A DNA stretch of 64,000 bases from an uncultured Pseudomonadota bacterium (GCA_963749075.1 CAVVLJ010000020.1:320001-384000); one strand, 5' to 3'. Counted from the stretch's first letter, positions 49,181-58,879 are shown. The notes: generated from the letters alone by a model not told the origin. Numbers and translations: made by a program.

Positions 49181-49879
49181 ATGTCGAAGTGGCTGGCCTT
49201 CTGGGAAGGCGACAATCCCATCTATGTGAGCGAGCGCCACCGCCGCGTCCACTACGCGCGCGTGGCGGAGGACATCCGCTCCGTGCTGCCGCCGGAGGGC
49301 GATGGAGCCGTGCTCGACTACGGCTGCGGCGAGGCGCTCGAGGCGGGCCGCGTGGCCGCGCATTGCGCCCGGCTCTATCTTTATGACGCCTCACGCACGG
49401 TGCGCGCGCGGCTCCTCGAGCGCTTCGAGGGCGCCGCCGGGCTCGCCGTGCTCGACGAGGACGGGCTCGCCGCACTCGGCGAAGCGGCGCTCGATGTCGT
49501 GGTCGTGAACTCGGTCATCCAGTATCTCGCGCGCGAGGAGCTCATGGCCCTCCTCGAGCGGGCGCTCGGCTGGCTCAAGCGGGGAGGCGCGCTCGTGCTC
49601 GCGGACGTGGTGCCGCCGGGGCCCCAGGCGGCGGCCGACGCCAAGGCGCTGCTCGCGACCGCCTGGCGGCACGGCTTCCTGGGTGCCGCCCTCATCGGAC
49701 TCGTGCGGGCGGCACTTTCCGACTACCGGCGCCTGCGCGCCGAGGCCGGCTTCGCCGCTTACGGCGAGGCGGAGATGCTGGCGCTCCTCAAGGATGCGGG
49801 CTTTGCCGCGCGCCGGCGGCGCACGAACTTCGGCTTCAATCCGGCGCGCATGACCTTCATCGCGACGCGGCCGCGCTGA
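49181..49879 (+). CDS. Class I SAM-dependent methyltransferase
   Basis: VLDYGCGEA, NSVIQYL and LKRGGALVLAD. Confidence 0.82.
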   Translation: MSKWLAFWEGDNPIYVSERHRRVHYARVAEDIRSVLPPEGDGAVLDYGCGEALEAGRVAAHCARLYLYDASRTVRARLLERFEGAAGLAVLDEDGLAALGEAALDVVVVNSVIQYLAREELMALLERALGWLKRGGALVLADVVPPGPQAAADAKALLATAWRHGFLGAALIGLVRAALSDYRRLRAEAGFAAYGEAEMLALLKDAGFAARRRRTNFGFNPARMTFIATRPR

Positions 49880-49889
49880 AGCGGCGCCG

Positions 49890-49917
49890 TTGACCCGCGC
49901 CTCGCCTCGGCTATGAT
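49890..49917 (+). promoter_or_regulatory. tRNA promoter
   Basis: TTGACC-N16-TATGAT followed by a GC-rich discriminator. Confidence 0.7.
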
Positions 49918-49927
49918 CGCCGCGCTC

Positions 49928-50014
49928 GCGGGCGTGGCGGAACCGGTAGACGCGCTGGACTCAAAATCCAGTTCTGGCAACAGAGTGGGAGTTCGACTCT
50001 CCCCGCCCGCACCA
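49928..50014 (+). tRNA. tRNA-Leu (CAA)
   Basis: Acceptor GCGGGCG/CGCCCGC-ACCA, anticodon arm CTGGA-CTCAAAA-TCCAG, long variable arm and GTTCGA T-loop; 87 nt. Confidence 0.97.
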
Positions 50015-50040
50015 GTTCGCAATTTACCCCTCGGCAATCT

Positions 50041-50940
50041 TCAGCGGATCGCCTGCAGCATGAAGTCGACGAACGCCCGGACCTTCGCGGCCTGGTGATG
50101 GCGCGAGGGATGCAGCGCATAGAGCGGGAATGTCTCCCCGGGCCAGTCCGGGAAGAGCTCGATCAGGCGGCCTTGCTCCAATAGCTCCTCTACGCCCAAG
50201 GCCATGACCTGGGCGATGCCGGCTCCGGCGACGCAGGCGCCGAGCATCGTGCCAACGTCGCTCAGCAAGAGGCGTCCGGCCGTCTTGACGGGAACGATCC
50301 TGCGGCCGCGGCGGAACTCCCAATCGAACGGCTGCCCCGTCAGCGGGTTGCGGAACTGGATGCAGGCATGGCGCGCGAGCTCGGCCGGCCGCCTGGGCCG
50401 GCCGTGCCGATCGAGATAGGCGGGTGCCGCCACGGTCAGGATGCGCGTCTCGATCAGCTTGCGCGCGACGAGGGATGACGATGGCGCTTCACCGAAGCGC
50501 ACCGCCACGTCGAAGCCCTCGGCGACGAGATCGCCTATGTGCTCGCGGGTGACGAGCTCGAGGGAGAGCTCGGGATAGCGCGCGAGGAAGGCGCCGAGTT
50601 GGGCGGCGAGAACGAGGCGCGAGAAGAACGGGTCGACATTGACGCGCAGGCGCCCGCGCACGGTCGCGGAGGAGCCTGCCGCCTGGGCCGCCGCCTCCTC
50701 GATGCCGGCAAGAAGCGGACCGACGTGCTCGTAGAAGCGGCGCCCCTCGTCGGTCAGCTTGACCGAGCGCGTCGTCCTGTCGAAAAGACGCACGCCGAGC
50801 CGCGCCTCGAGCCGGGCGACCGCGCGGCTGACGCCGGGCTGGGTCAAGCCGAGCGCCTCGGCCGCGCGCACGAAGCTGCCGGCCTCGACCACCGCCGCCA
50901 CCACGCCGATGCCGCTCAGGAGCCGCGCATCGAACGGCAT
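50041..50940 (-). CDS. LysR-family regulator (CrgA-like)
   Basis: GSFVRAAEALGLTQPGVSR, LFDRTTR and EGFDVAVR. Confidence 0.93.
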   Translation of the reverse strand: MPFDARLLSGIGVVAAVVEAGSFVRAAEALGLTQPGVSRAVARLEARLGVRLFDRTTRSVKLTDEGRRFYEHVGPLLAGIEEAAAQAAGSSATVRGRLRVNVDPFFSRLVLAAQLGAFLARYPELSLELVTREHIGDLVAEGFDVAVRFGEAPSSSLVARKLIETRILTVAAPAYLDRHGRPRRPAELARHACIQFRNPLTGQPFDWEFRRGRRIVPVKTAGRLLLSDVGTMLGACVAGAGIAQVMALGVEELLEQGRLIELFPDWPGETFPLYALHPSRHHQAAKVRAFVDFMLQAIR

Positions 50941-50944
50941 TTCA

Positions 50945-50959
50945 ATGACTCCATGTCAT
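50945..50959. promoter_or_regulatory. LysR T-N11-A recognition site
   Basis: ATGAC-TCCAT-GTCAT dyad in the divergent lysR/nmrA spacer. Confidence 0.6.
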
Positions 50960-51058
50960 AAGTCAAATGACACTTATGCAGTCGCGTAATGCCCTGTCCA
51001 CCCCCATTTTCACCTCCGAAGCGGCGTCGGCCGCGGCAGGCGGAACAAGGAGATCGGC

Positions 51059-51928
51059 ATGTTTGCGATTACCGGGATCACCGGTCAGGTCGGCGGTGCC
51101 GCCGCCCGCGCCCTCATCGAGGCAGGCCACGCCGTGCGCGCCGTGCTGCGCGACCGGGCCAAGGCAGCGCCCTGGCAGGCGCTCGGCGCCGAGATCGCCG
51201 TCGCCGAATTCGGCGACGTGGCGGCTCTGACAAAGGCCTTCTCGGGCACCCAAGGGGTGTTCGCGATGGTGCCGCCGAACTTCGCCCCTGACCCTGGTTT
51301 TACCGCTGCCCGCACCGCCGCATCTGCTCACGCCGAAGCGATCGCGCTTGCAGCGCTGCCTAGGGTCGTCGCGCTCTCGTCCATCGGTGGGCATCGCGGA
51401 TCGCGTCTTGGCCTCATCACGCAGCTGCATATCTTCGAGCAGGCGATGAGCAGCCTCGCCGTCCCGAGCGCCGTTCTGCGGCCGGCCTGGTTCATGGAGA
51501 ACTCGCTGTGGGACATCGCACCGGCCCGCGAGACGGGAGAGATGGCGAGCTTCCTTCGGCCGCTCGACCGGCCCTTCCCCATGATCGCGAGCGCCGATAT
51601 CGGCCGGGTCGCCGCCGAGACGCTGCTCGAGAGCTGGAGCGGCCGCCGCGTGCTCGAGATCGAGGGGCCGAAACGCTATTCGCAGAACGAAATCGCGTCC
51701 CTGCTCGGGCTGGCCCTCGGGCGAACCGTGACGGCGAGGCCCGTGCCGCGCGGGGAGTGGGAAGCGCTGTTCCGCTCCCAGGGCACGAGCTCGGCGGCGC
51801 CGCGGATCGCAATGCTCGACGGCTTCAATTCCGGCTGGATCGCGTTCGAGGGCGTCGGCAACGAGCACGTCATCGGCAAGACGCCGTATGAGGCCGTGCT
51901 GGCAGACCTTGTCAAGCGCGTCGGCTAG
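51059..51928 (+). CDS. NmrA-family NAD(P)-binding protein
   Basis: TGITGQVG, LSSIG, LRPAWFMEN and DIGRVAA. Confidence 0.88.
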   Translation: MFAITGITGQVGGAAARALIEAGHAVRAVLRDRAKAAPWQALGAEIAVAEFGDVAALTKAFSGTQGVFAMVPPNFAPDPGFTAARTAASAHAEAIALAALPRVVALSSIGGHRGSRLGLITQLHIFEQAMSSLAVPSAVLRPAWFMENSLWDIAPARETGEMASFLRPLDRPFPMIASADIGRVAAETLLESWSGRRVLEIEGPKRYSQNEIASLLGLALGRTVTARPVPRGEWEALFRSQGTSSAAPRIAMLDGFNSGWIAFEGVGNEHVIGKTPYEAVLADLVKRVG

Positions 51929-51967
51929 GCGATCCTCCGTGGGAGCTGCCTGCGAAAGGACCAAGCT

Positions 51968-52672
51968 ATGCCCATCTCACCCTCAGGCTCGACCGCGCTG
52001 ATCATTGGCGCATCCCGCGGCCTCGGCCTTGCCTTGGCTGAGGAATACGCGAACCGCGGCTGGCGCGTCTTGGCCACCGTGCGCGGCAGCGCCCGGACCG
52101 GCCTCCACGACCTCGCCGGCCGAGCGGGCGGACGGCTCGAGATCGAAACCCTCGACATCGTCGAGCCGGACGAGATCGCCGCCCTCCGCCGCCGTCTCGC
52201 CGGGCGCTCGTTCGATCTCCTCTTCGTCAATGCCGGCGTGGCCAACGACCCCGGCGAGACGATCGGCGAGGTCTCCACCGAGGAGTTCGTGCGCGTGATG
52301 GTGACGAACGCGCTCGGCCCCATGCGCGTCGTCGAGGCTCTGCAAGACCTCGTGCCCCCCGGCGGCACGATCGGCGTGATGTCTTCCGGCCTCGGCAGCG
52401 TGGCCGACAACGAGCACGGCGGCTGGGAGGTCTATCGCGGCAGCAAGGCGGCGCTCAACACGCTGATGCGCAGTTTCGCCGCCCGCCATGCCCGCGATCC
52501 GCGGGCCCTCCTGATCATCGCACCCGGCTGGGTGCGCACGGACATGGGAGGGCCGCAAGCCACGCTCGGCATCGAGGAGAGCATACCGCGCGTGGTCGAC
52601 GCCATCGCCGCCCAGTCGGGCAAGCCCGGTCTTCGCTATCTCGACTATCGCGGCCGCACCGTGCGCTGGTGA
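51968..52672 (+). CDS. Short-chain dehydrogenase (CsgA/C-factor-like)
   Basis: GASRGLG, VNAG, YRGSK and PGWVRTDMGG. Confidence 0.9.
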   Translation: MPISPSGSTALIIGASRGLGLALAEEYANRGWRVLATVRGSARTGLHDLAGRAGGRLEIETLDIVEPDEIAALRRRLAGRSFDLLFVNAGVANDPGETIGEVSTEEFVRVMVTNALGPMRVVEALQDLVPPGGTIGVMSSGLGSVADNEHGGWEVYRGSKAALNTLMRSFAARHARDPRALLIIAPGWVRTDMGGPQATLGIEESIPRVVDAIAAQSGKPGLRYLDYRGRTVRW

Positions 52673-52766
52673 GGGCACGGCCGCACCTCGCCCGCTTGAC
52701 CGCCGCCGCGGGCGGGGCGACATAGCACGGGCGCCACCTCTGCCCGTCACTCTCCCCGGAGGCCTC

Positions 52767-53786
52767 ATGAAAGCCGTAGCCCTCACCCGCTATCTCCCCA
52801 TCGACGACCCCGAGGCGTTCCTCGACGTCGAGATTCCCACGCCCGCGGCAACGGGCCGCGACCTCCTCGTCGAGGTCAAGGCCGTCTCCGTCAATCCGGT
52901 CGATTGCAAGACGCGCGCGCCCAAGGCGCAGGTCGAGACGGTGCCGCGCGTGCTCGGCTGGGACGCCGCGGGCATCGTCAAGGCGGCGGGCGGCGAGGCG
53001 ACGCTCTTCAAGCCGGGCGATGCGGTCTATTACGCCGGCAGCATCACGCGCGCGGGCTGCGACAGCGAGTTCCACCTGGTCGACGAGCGCATCGTCGGGC
53101 GCAAGCCGGCGAACTTGAGCTTTGCCGAGGCGGCGGCACTGCCGCTCACCACCATCACCACCTGGGAGGCGCTCTTCCATCGCCTGGGTGTGCCGCGCAG
53201 CACGGGCGGAGCGGGGTCGGCGACGGTGCTGGTGATCGGCGGCGCCGGCGGCGTCGGCTCGATCGCCATCCAGCTCGCGAAGAGGCTCGCCGGTCTCAAG
53301 GTGATCGCGACCGCCTCGCGGCCGGAGTCGATCCGCTGGGTGCGCGAGCTCGGCGCCGACGCGACCGTCGATCACAGCAAGGACTTGGCTGCCGGCCTCA
53401 AGTCGCTCGGCACGCCCGAGGTCGAGTACGTGCTCTGCTTCAACGATCTCGACCGCCACTTCCCGGCCTTCGCCCAGATCGTCAAGCCGCAGGGGAAGAT
53501 CTGCGCCATCGTGCGCCCGGCGGCCCCGCTCGAGCTCGGCCCGCTCATGGGGAAGAGCATCACCTTCGCGTGGGAGATGATGTTCACGCGCGCCATGTTC
53601 CAGACACCGGACATGACCCTTCAGCACGAGCTCCTCGACGAGGCGGCCGGGCTCATCGAGGCGGGCGTGCTCAAGACCACGCTCTCCCGCAACCTGGGCC
53701 CGCTCAACGCCGCCAACCTCAAACGCGCGCACAAGGCGCTCGAGGAGGGCCACACCATCGGCAAGCTGGTGCTTGAGGGCTTCTGA
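52767..53786 (+). CDS. MDR / zinc-binding alcohol dehydrogenase-like oxidoreductase
   Basis: VSVNPVD, GWDAAG, LPLTTITTWE, GGAGGVG and WEMMFTR. Confidence 0.88.
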   Translation: MKAVALTRYLPIDDPEAFLDVEIPTPAATGRDLLVEVKAVSVNPVDCKTRAPKAQVETVPRVLGWDAAGIVKAAGGEATLFKPGDAVYYAGSITRAGCDSEFHLVDERIVGRKPANLSFAEAAALPLTTITTWEALFHRLGVPRSTGGAGSATVLVIGGAGGVGSIAIQLAKRLAGLKVIATASRPESIRWVRELGADATVDHSKDLAAGLKSLGTPEVEYVLCFNDLDRHFPAFAQIVKPQGKICAIVRPAAPLELGPLMGKSITFAWEMMFTRAMFQTPDMTLQHELLDEAAGLIEAGVLKTTLSRNLGPLNAANLKRAHKALEEGHTIGKLVLEGF

Positions 53787-53914
53787 AGCCGCTCGAGCGG
53801 CCGCGGTGCTGCCGCTTCGCCGAGCCTGGACAAAGGCGAAAGGCGCTTTAGAATCGGGCGCTCGCGGTGCCGTGCGCGCGTGCCCCGCGAAGAGAGGGTC
53901 GAGAGGACAGTGCG

Positions 53915-54307
53915 ATGTACCAGGAGACGACGCGCTCGATCAAGGTCAGCGTCGAGCCCATCTTCCTCGAGGACCAGTCGAACCCGAGACAGAACCATTT
54001 CGTCTGGGCCTATCACGTGCGCATCGAGAACCGCGGCGGCGAGACCGTGCAGCTGCGCAACCGCTACTGGCACATCACCGACGGCATCGGCCGGGTGCAG
54101 GAGGTGCGCGGCGCCGGCGTGGTGGGCGAGCAGCCGATCCTGCGTCCGGGCGAGCATTACGAGTACACGAGCGGCACGCCGCTCGCCACCCCGTCCGGGA
54201 TCATGCGCGGGACTTACGAGATGGAGAGCGAGCGGGGCGAGCGCTTCGAGATCGCCGTTCCGGCCTTCTCCCTCGACAGCCCCTATGACAGCGTGCGGCT
54301 CAATTGA
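53915..54307 (+). CDS. apaG: ApaG protein
   Basis: FVWAYHVRIEN, RYWHITD, GAGVVGEQP and YTSG. Confidence 0.95.
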   Translation: MYQETTRSIKVSVEPIFLEDQSNPRQNHFVWAYHVRIENRGGETVQLRNRYWHITDGIGRVQEVRGAGVVGEQPILRPGEHYEYTSGTPLATPSGIMRGTYEMESERGERFEIAVPAFSLDSPYDSVRLN

Positions 54308-54415
54308 GGGGCGACCTCTGCGCTTGACTCGCACTGGGCAAGGCCCAAATTGAAGCTTCCGGGGCGCCGTGCCCGCCTCCCGTGTCAGCAGCGTGAAGCC
54401 GAGAAGGAGACCGCC

Positions 54416-55081
54416 GTGGCGATGAAGCCCGTGACATTCCCGAGCGCCGTGGCGGAGGCCCCCAAGCCCGCCCATGAGGAGGCGGCACCCGAGGAGCCCG
54501 CGCGCGAGGAGGTGGAGCGCGCGATCCGCACGCTCATCGCCTGGGCCGGCGACAACCCCGACCGCGAGGGTCTGCGCGAGACGCCGGCGCGGGTGGCGCG
54601 CGCCTTCAAGGAGTGGTTCTCGGGCTACGGCGAGGACCCTTACGCCTTCCTCAAGGCGACCTTCGAGGAGACCGACGGCTACGACGAGATGGTGGTGCTG
54701 CGCGACATCCGCTTCGAGTCGCACTGCGAGCACCATCTCGCCCCCATCATCGGCAAGGTGCACATCGCCTACCTGCCGTCCCGCCGCGTGGTCGGCATCA
54801 GCAAGCTCGCCCGACTCGTCGAGGTCTATTCGCGGCGCCTGCAGATCCAGGAGAAGCTCACGGCGCAGATCGCCAACACCATCGAGGAGGTGCTCGAGCC
54901 CCTCGGGGTCGCGGTCTGCATCGAGGCCTCGCACCAGTGCATGACGACGCGCGGCATCCACAAGACCGGCGTCACCATGGTGACGAGCCGCATGCTCGGC
55001 CAGTTCCGCAACGATCCCACGACCAGGCGCGAGTTCCTCTCCATGATCGGCAACCCGCGCACCATGCAGGCCGACAGCTGA
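54416..55081 (+). CDS. folE: GTP cyclohydrolase I
   Basis: ETPARV, SHCEHHL, GISKLAR, QIQEKLT and HQCMTTRG. Confidence 0.95.
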   Translation: MAMKPVTFPSAVAEAPKPAHEEAAPEEPAREEVERAIRTLIAWAGDNPDREGLRETPARVARAFKEWFSGYGEDPYAFLKATFEETDGYDEMVVLRDIRFESHCEHHLAPIIGKVHIAYLPSRRVVGISKLARLVEVYSRRLQIQEKLTAQIANTIEEVLEPLGVAVCIEASHQCMTTRGIHKTGVTMVTSRMLGQFRNDPTTRREFLSMIGNPRTMQADS

Positions 55082-55104
55082 CGGCCCCTCCTCCGGCCGC
55101 CGCC

Positions 55105-56283
55105 ATGACGCGCGAGACGCCGACGCCCGCCGCCATGATCGAGCGCCTCGTCGCCTTCGATACCACCTCGGCCAAGTCCAATCTCGCCCTCATCGCGAGC
55201 GTGGCGGATTATTTGTCCGGCCACGGCATCGCATCGCACCTCACCCATAACGAGGCGCGCACCAAGGCCAACCTCTTCGCGACCGTGGGCCCCGCCGGGT
55301 CCGGCGGCATCGTGCTCTCCGGCCATACCGACGTGGTGCCGGTCGAGGGCCAGGCCTGGGAGAGCGATCCCTTCCGGGTCGTCGAGCGAGGGGGCCGGCT
55401 CTACGGCCGCGGCACGGCGGACATGAAGAGCTTCATCGCGACGGCGTTGGCACTGGTGCCCGAGATGGTCGAGCGCCGCCTGAAGACGCCGATCCATCTC
55501 GCACTCTCCTTCGACGAGGAGGTCGGCTGCCTCGGCGTCGGCCGCCTCATCCGCGGCATCGCGCAAGGGACGGAGCGCCCCAGCCTCGTCATCGTGGGCG
55601 AGCCCACGGGCATGAAGGTGGTGAACGCGCACAAGGGCGTCCTCGTCTGCGAGACCCGTGTCGTCGGCCGCGAGGCCCATTCGAGCGCCACCCACAGCGG
55701 CGCCTCCGCCATCATGGCGGCGGCCGAGCTCATCCAGTTCCTCTCGACCCTTGCCGCCGAGCTTGCCGCGCGCGGCATCAGCCCGGGCTCGGCCGACGGG
55801 GAGTTCGCACCGCCCCACAGCACGGTCAGCGTCGGCACCATCAAGGGCGGCACCGCCGTCAACATCATCCCCAGGGAGTGCTCATTCCTCTGGGAGTGCC
55901 GCCCGCTGCCGGCGAGCGGCGACGGCGAGGAGGTCCTGCGCCGCTTCAACGCCTTCGCCGAGGAGCGCGTGGCGCCGAGCTTGCGCGCGCGGAGTGCAGA
56001 CGGCGGCGTCTCGACGGAGGTGCTCGCGAACGTGCCGGCGCTCGCCCCCGAGCCCGGCTCGCCCGCCGAGGCGCTCGTCCTCGCGCTCACCGGCGAGAAC
56101 GGCACCGGCGTCGTCGCCTACGGCTCCGAGGCCGGGCTCTTCCAGGCGGCCGGCATCCCGGCCGTGCTGTGCGGCCCCGGCGACATCGCGGTGGCGCACC
56201 GGCCGAACGAGTTCATCGAACGCGCGCAGCTCGCCCTCTGCGAGGCCTTCCTCCGCCGCCTCATCGAGCATTGCGCGGGGTGA
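55105..56283 (+). CDS. argE: Acetylornithine deacetylase (M20)
   Basis: SGHTDVVP, GRGTADMK, DEEVGC, GEPT and AHRPNE. Confidence 0.9.
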   Translation: MTRETPTPAAMIERLVAFDTTSAKSNLALIASVADYLSGHGIASHLTHNEARTKANLFATVGPAGSGGIVLSGHTDVVPVEGQAWESDPFRVVERGGRLYGRGTADMKSFIATALALVPEMVERRLKTPIHLALSFDEEVGCLGVGRLIRGIAQGTERPSLVIVGEPTGMKVVNAHKGVLVCETRVVGREAHSSATHSGASAIMAAAELIQFLSTLAAELAARGISPGSADGEFAPPHSTVSVGTIKGGTAVNIIPRECSFLWECRPLPASGDGEEVLRRFNAFAEERVAPSLRARSADGGVSTEVLANVPALAPEPGSPAEALVLALTGENGTGVVAYGSEAGLFQAAGIPAVLCGPGDIAVAHRPNEFIERAQLALCEAFLRRLIEHCAG

Positions 56284-56300
56284 TGGCGGGAGGCCGCGGC

Positions 56301-56397
56301 GCCGTCCCTCACCCTTCCCATCGCTTCGCGATGGGCCCCTTCCCTCTCCCGCAAGCGGGAGAGGGTGGCGAGCGAAGCGAGCCGGGTGAGGGACGGC
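56301..56397. repeat. Composite REP-like element
   Basis: GCCGTCCCTCACCC...GGGTGAGGGACGGC outer stem enclosing CCCATCGCTTCGCGATGGG and CCCTCTCCCGCAAGCGGGAGAGGG hairpins. Confidence 0.8.
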
Positions 56398-56433
56398 GGC
56401 GCTGCTCTGCACCGCCGCCGAACTGCGGCAGAT

Positions 56434-56471
56434 TTGACATATAGCCGGCACGATGATATGTCGTGACATAT
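56434..56471 (+). promoter_or_regulatory. Toxin-antitoxin promoter/operator
   Basis: TTGACA -35; GACATAT half-sites at 56436, 56465 and inverted (ATATGTC) at 56456. Confidence 0.55.
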
Positions 56472-56746
56472 GGCAGAGCGAACCACCGTTCGACTTCCCG
56501 AAGACCTTCTCAACCGCGCGAAGCGCAAGGCGGCTGCGGAGGACCGCACCCTTACGTCGCTGATCGCGGACGGGCTGCGCTTGGTCGTAGCCGAAAATCG
56601 GACAGCCACGAAGTCGAAGCGCGTCATGCCTCGGGTGAGCAAGGCCGGCGGCGGCCCGCTGCCCGGGCTCGAGTTAACGTTCTCTATCGCCGCTCCAGGA
56701 GGCGGATGATCTGGACTACGTTCGGCGAATGAAGCATTTCAAGTGA
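56470..56746 (+). CDS. vapB: RHH-type VapB antitoxin (one extra base at ~56680)
   Basis: RTTVRLPEDLLNRAKRKAA..TLTSLIADGLR; the shifted frame LQEADDLDYVRRMKHFK ends in a GTGA overlap with the toxin start. Confidence 0.8.
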
Positions 56747-57192
56747 TCTTGCCGGACGTGAATGTCCTGATCCATGCCTTTCGCGCGGATTTGCCCCAGC
56801 ATGCGCGCTGCCGCCGATGGCTCCTGGACGTGATATCGGGCGACGCCCGCTTCGGCCTGTCGCCCATGGTCTTGAGCGCCGTCGTTCGCATCGCCACCAA
56901 TGCGCGCGCCTTCAGGACGCCGAGCGCCGTCGAGGAGGCGTTCGGGTTCTGCGGAGACCTCCTCGGGCAACGCCATTGCCAGATCGTGGAGCCCGGCGAG
57001 CGGCACTGGGACATCTTCAGACGCCTCTGCATCGAGACCGACACGCGCGGCTCTCGAACGAGCGATGCCTGGTTTGCAGCGCTTGCCATCGAATGGGGAT
57101 GCGAGTGGATCACGCTCGACCGCGACTATGCGCGGTTCCCGGGACTCGCATGGCGGGTGCCGGCGGCCCGACAGAGCTACTCCGCGAGATAG
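56743..57192 (+). CDS. vapC: VapC PIN-domain toxin (mycobacterial-like subfamily)
   Basis: MILPDVNVLIHA, DAWFAALAIE and TLDRDYARFPGL. Confidence 0.88.
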   Translation: MILPDVNVLIHAFRADLPQHARCRRWLLDVISGDARFGLSPMVLSAVVRIATNARAFRTPSAVEEAFGFCGDLLGQRHCQIVEPGERHWDIFRRLCIETDTRGSRTSDAWFAALAIEWGCEWITLDRDYARFPGLAWRVPAARQSYSAR

Positions 57193-57743
57193 CGCGACAG
57201 GTAGAAGCGGATCTGCTTGTCGAGCTCGGCATTGAGGTCGAGCATGGCGCCCTGCACGACGAGGTACCAAGCCTGCTTGACCTCGCGGTCGGAGACCTCC
57301 TTGGGTACCGTCTGAGAGTTGGTGGCGTCGGCCGCGGCCTGGGCGTCGATGGCGCCGCGCTCGTTGTGAACCTCGATGCGCACGGCAACGTGCCCGGTAT
57401 AGCGCCGCGCCTGCCGGTTCAGCGGCGGCGTCTCGACGATGCTGGCGTCGGTGACGACGAAGCGGGCGTAGCCGTCGTCGCCGTCCGCCTTCAGGCGGTC
57501 GCGCGCCCAGCCGTCGGCCAACGCCAGCAGGCTGCGCGGCGCCAGGGTCTCGACGTGGGGCGAGATCACGCGCGGCTGGTACTCGTTCGCCACCTCGATC
57601 TTGCCGACGTTGAGCTTGATCGGCGGCAGGTGCGTCCAGGTGAGCTCGGGGAACGGCTCGGGCGGCGGGCTCGAGCCGCAGCCGGCGGCGAGCGCAAGCA
57701 GCACTGCCGTGCCGGCGAGGCGGACGAGCATGCGTGTGGCCAT
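57177..57743 (-). CDS. Hypothetical lipoprotein
   Basis: Lipobox LAAG/C; GGAG RBS; coding-like codon use. Confidence 0.75.
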   Translation of the reverse strand: MATRMLVRLAGTAVLLALAAGCGSSPPPEPFPELTWTHLPPIKLNVGKIEVANEYQPRVISPHVETLAPRSLLALADGWARDRLKADGDDGYARFVVTDASIVETPPLNRQARRYTGHVAVRIEVHNERGAIDAQAAADATNSQTVPKEVSDREVKQAWYLVVQGAMLDLNAELDKQIRFYLSRYLAE

Positions 57744-57839
57744 GGTCCGGCGCTCCCCTCGGATGCAGCCTGATACCCCCGGCTGATACCCCCGGCCGGC
57801 ACCATACCCTCTAGCGGCCCGGCCCCTCAAGCGACCGGC

Positions 57840-58865
57840 TTACGCCGGGGGCGGCGCATCGCCCTTGCGGAGGGCTGCGAGCGCTGCCCGGTCGTAGGCG
57901 TATTCCCGCATGCAGAACTGGCACACCACGCTGACCCGGCCGTCGACCACCATGTCCTCGAGCTCGGCCTCGGAAAGCGAGCGCAGCACCATGATGACGC
58001 GCGCCTCGGAGCAGCGGCAGCCGGCGCGCAAGGGACGCTGGCGGAAGACGCGCACGCCGTCCTCGTGAAAGAGGCGATAGAGCAGGTCGTGCACGCCGAG
58101 GCCGGGGTCGAGGAGCTCGGCGGTGGTGGCGCTCGCCATCATGACGAGGGCGCGGCGCCAGCCCTCCTCGCGGGCCTCCTGGTGCACCTCCTCGGCGAGC
58201 GAGCCCTCCGCCGGCTCGCCCTCGGCCGCCCACCCGGCAGCTTGGCCGCCCGAGAGCGGCACGCGCTGCAGCATGAGGCCGGCGGCGCGCCAGCGGCCCT
58301 GGCCGCCCGCACCGTCGATGCGCCCGACCGCGAGCTTGAAGGCGGCGTCGAGCTGCTCGGATTGGCGGAAGTAGTGGTGCACGCAGTCGACGAGCTCGGC
58401 GCCCGCCAGCTCGACGATGCCCTGGTAGCGCTCGGTATTGACGCCCTGATCGACCGTGAAGGCGAGATAGCCGGCACCGAGGAGGCGGGGCACGGTGCCC
58501 TTGACGCCGTGCCCCGCCTGGTGCCCGCGCGCGGCCTCGGCCAGGCGGTCCTTGTCGAAGCGGGCGTAGGCGCGCACCTCGCCGGTGCTGGTCACATCGG
58601 TCACCAAGAGCCCGACCGGCCCGTCGCCCGAGGTCTGCAGCGTGAAGACTCCGTCGTACTTGAAGACGCCGGCGAGCGTGGCGGTGAGTGCTACGCTCTG
58701 GCCGAGGAGGGCCGCCACCTCCTCGGGATAGGCGTGCCGGGAGAGCACCTCATCGACGAGCGGCCCGAGCCGCACGAGGCGGCCGCGGATGGCCTGCGCC
58801 TCGATCTGGAACGGCTGGACGAGGTCGTCCGCGCGCTCCGCCGCGTCCCGGCCTGGGCCGCGCAC
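57840..58865 (-). CDS. hslO: Hsp33 redox-regulated chaperone
   Basis: IRGRLVRL, YQGIV, YFRQSEQ and CRCS...CQFC; start (GTG) uncertain. Confidence 0.9.
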   Translation of the reverse strand: MRGPGRDAAERADDLVQPFQIEAQAIRGRLVRLGPLVDEVLSRHAYPEEVAALLGQSVALTATLAGVFKYDGVFTLQTSGDGPVGLLVTDVTSTGEVRAYARFDKDRLAEAARGHQAGHGVKGTVPRLLGAGYLAFTVDQGVNTERYQGIVELAGAELVDCVHHYFRQSEQLDAAFKLAVGRIDGAGGQGRWRAAGLMLQRVPLSGGQAAGWAAEGEPAEGSLAEEVHQEAREEGWRRALVMMASATTAELLDPGLGVHDLLYRLFHEDGVRVFRQRPLRAGCRCSEARVIMVLRSLSEAELEDMVVDGRVSVVCQFCMREYAYDRAALAALRKGDAPPPA

Positions 58866-58879
58866 GGCCGGACTGTCGC

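Noticed and set aside
52749-52758. ACTCTCCCCG match to tRNA-Leu 49996-50005 as an attR site
   Set aside because: Only 10 bp, lacks the tRNA 3' end, lies just before an RBS, and there is no integrase.
8796-56397. Repeats as a CRISPR array
   Set aside because: They are dispersed inverted doublets, not tandem direct repeats with regular spacers; no cas genes.
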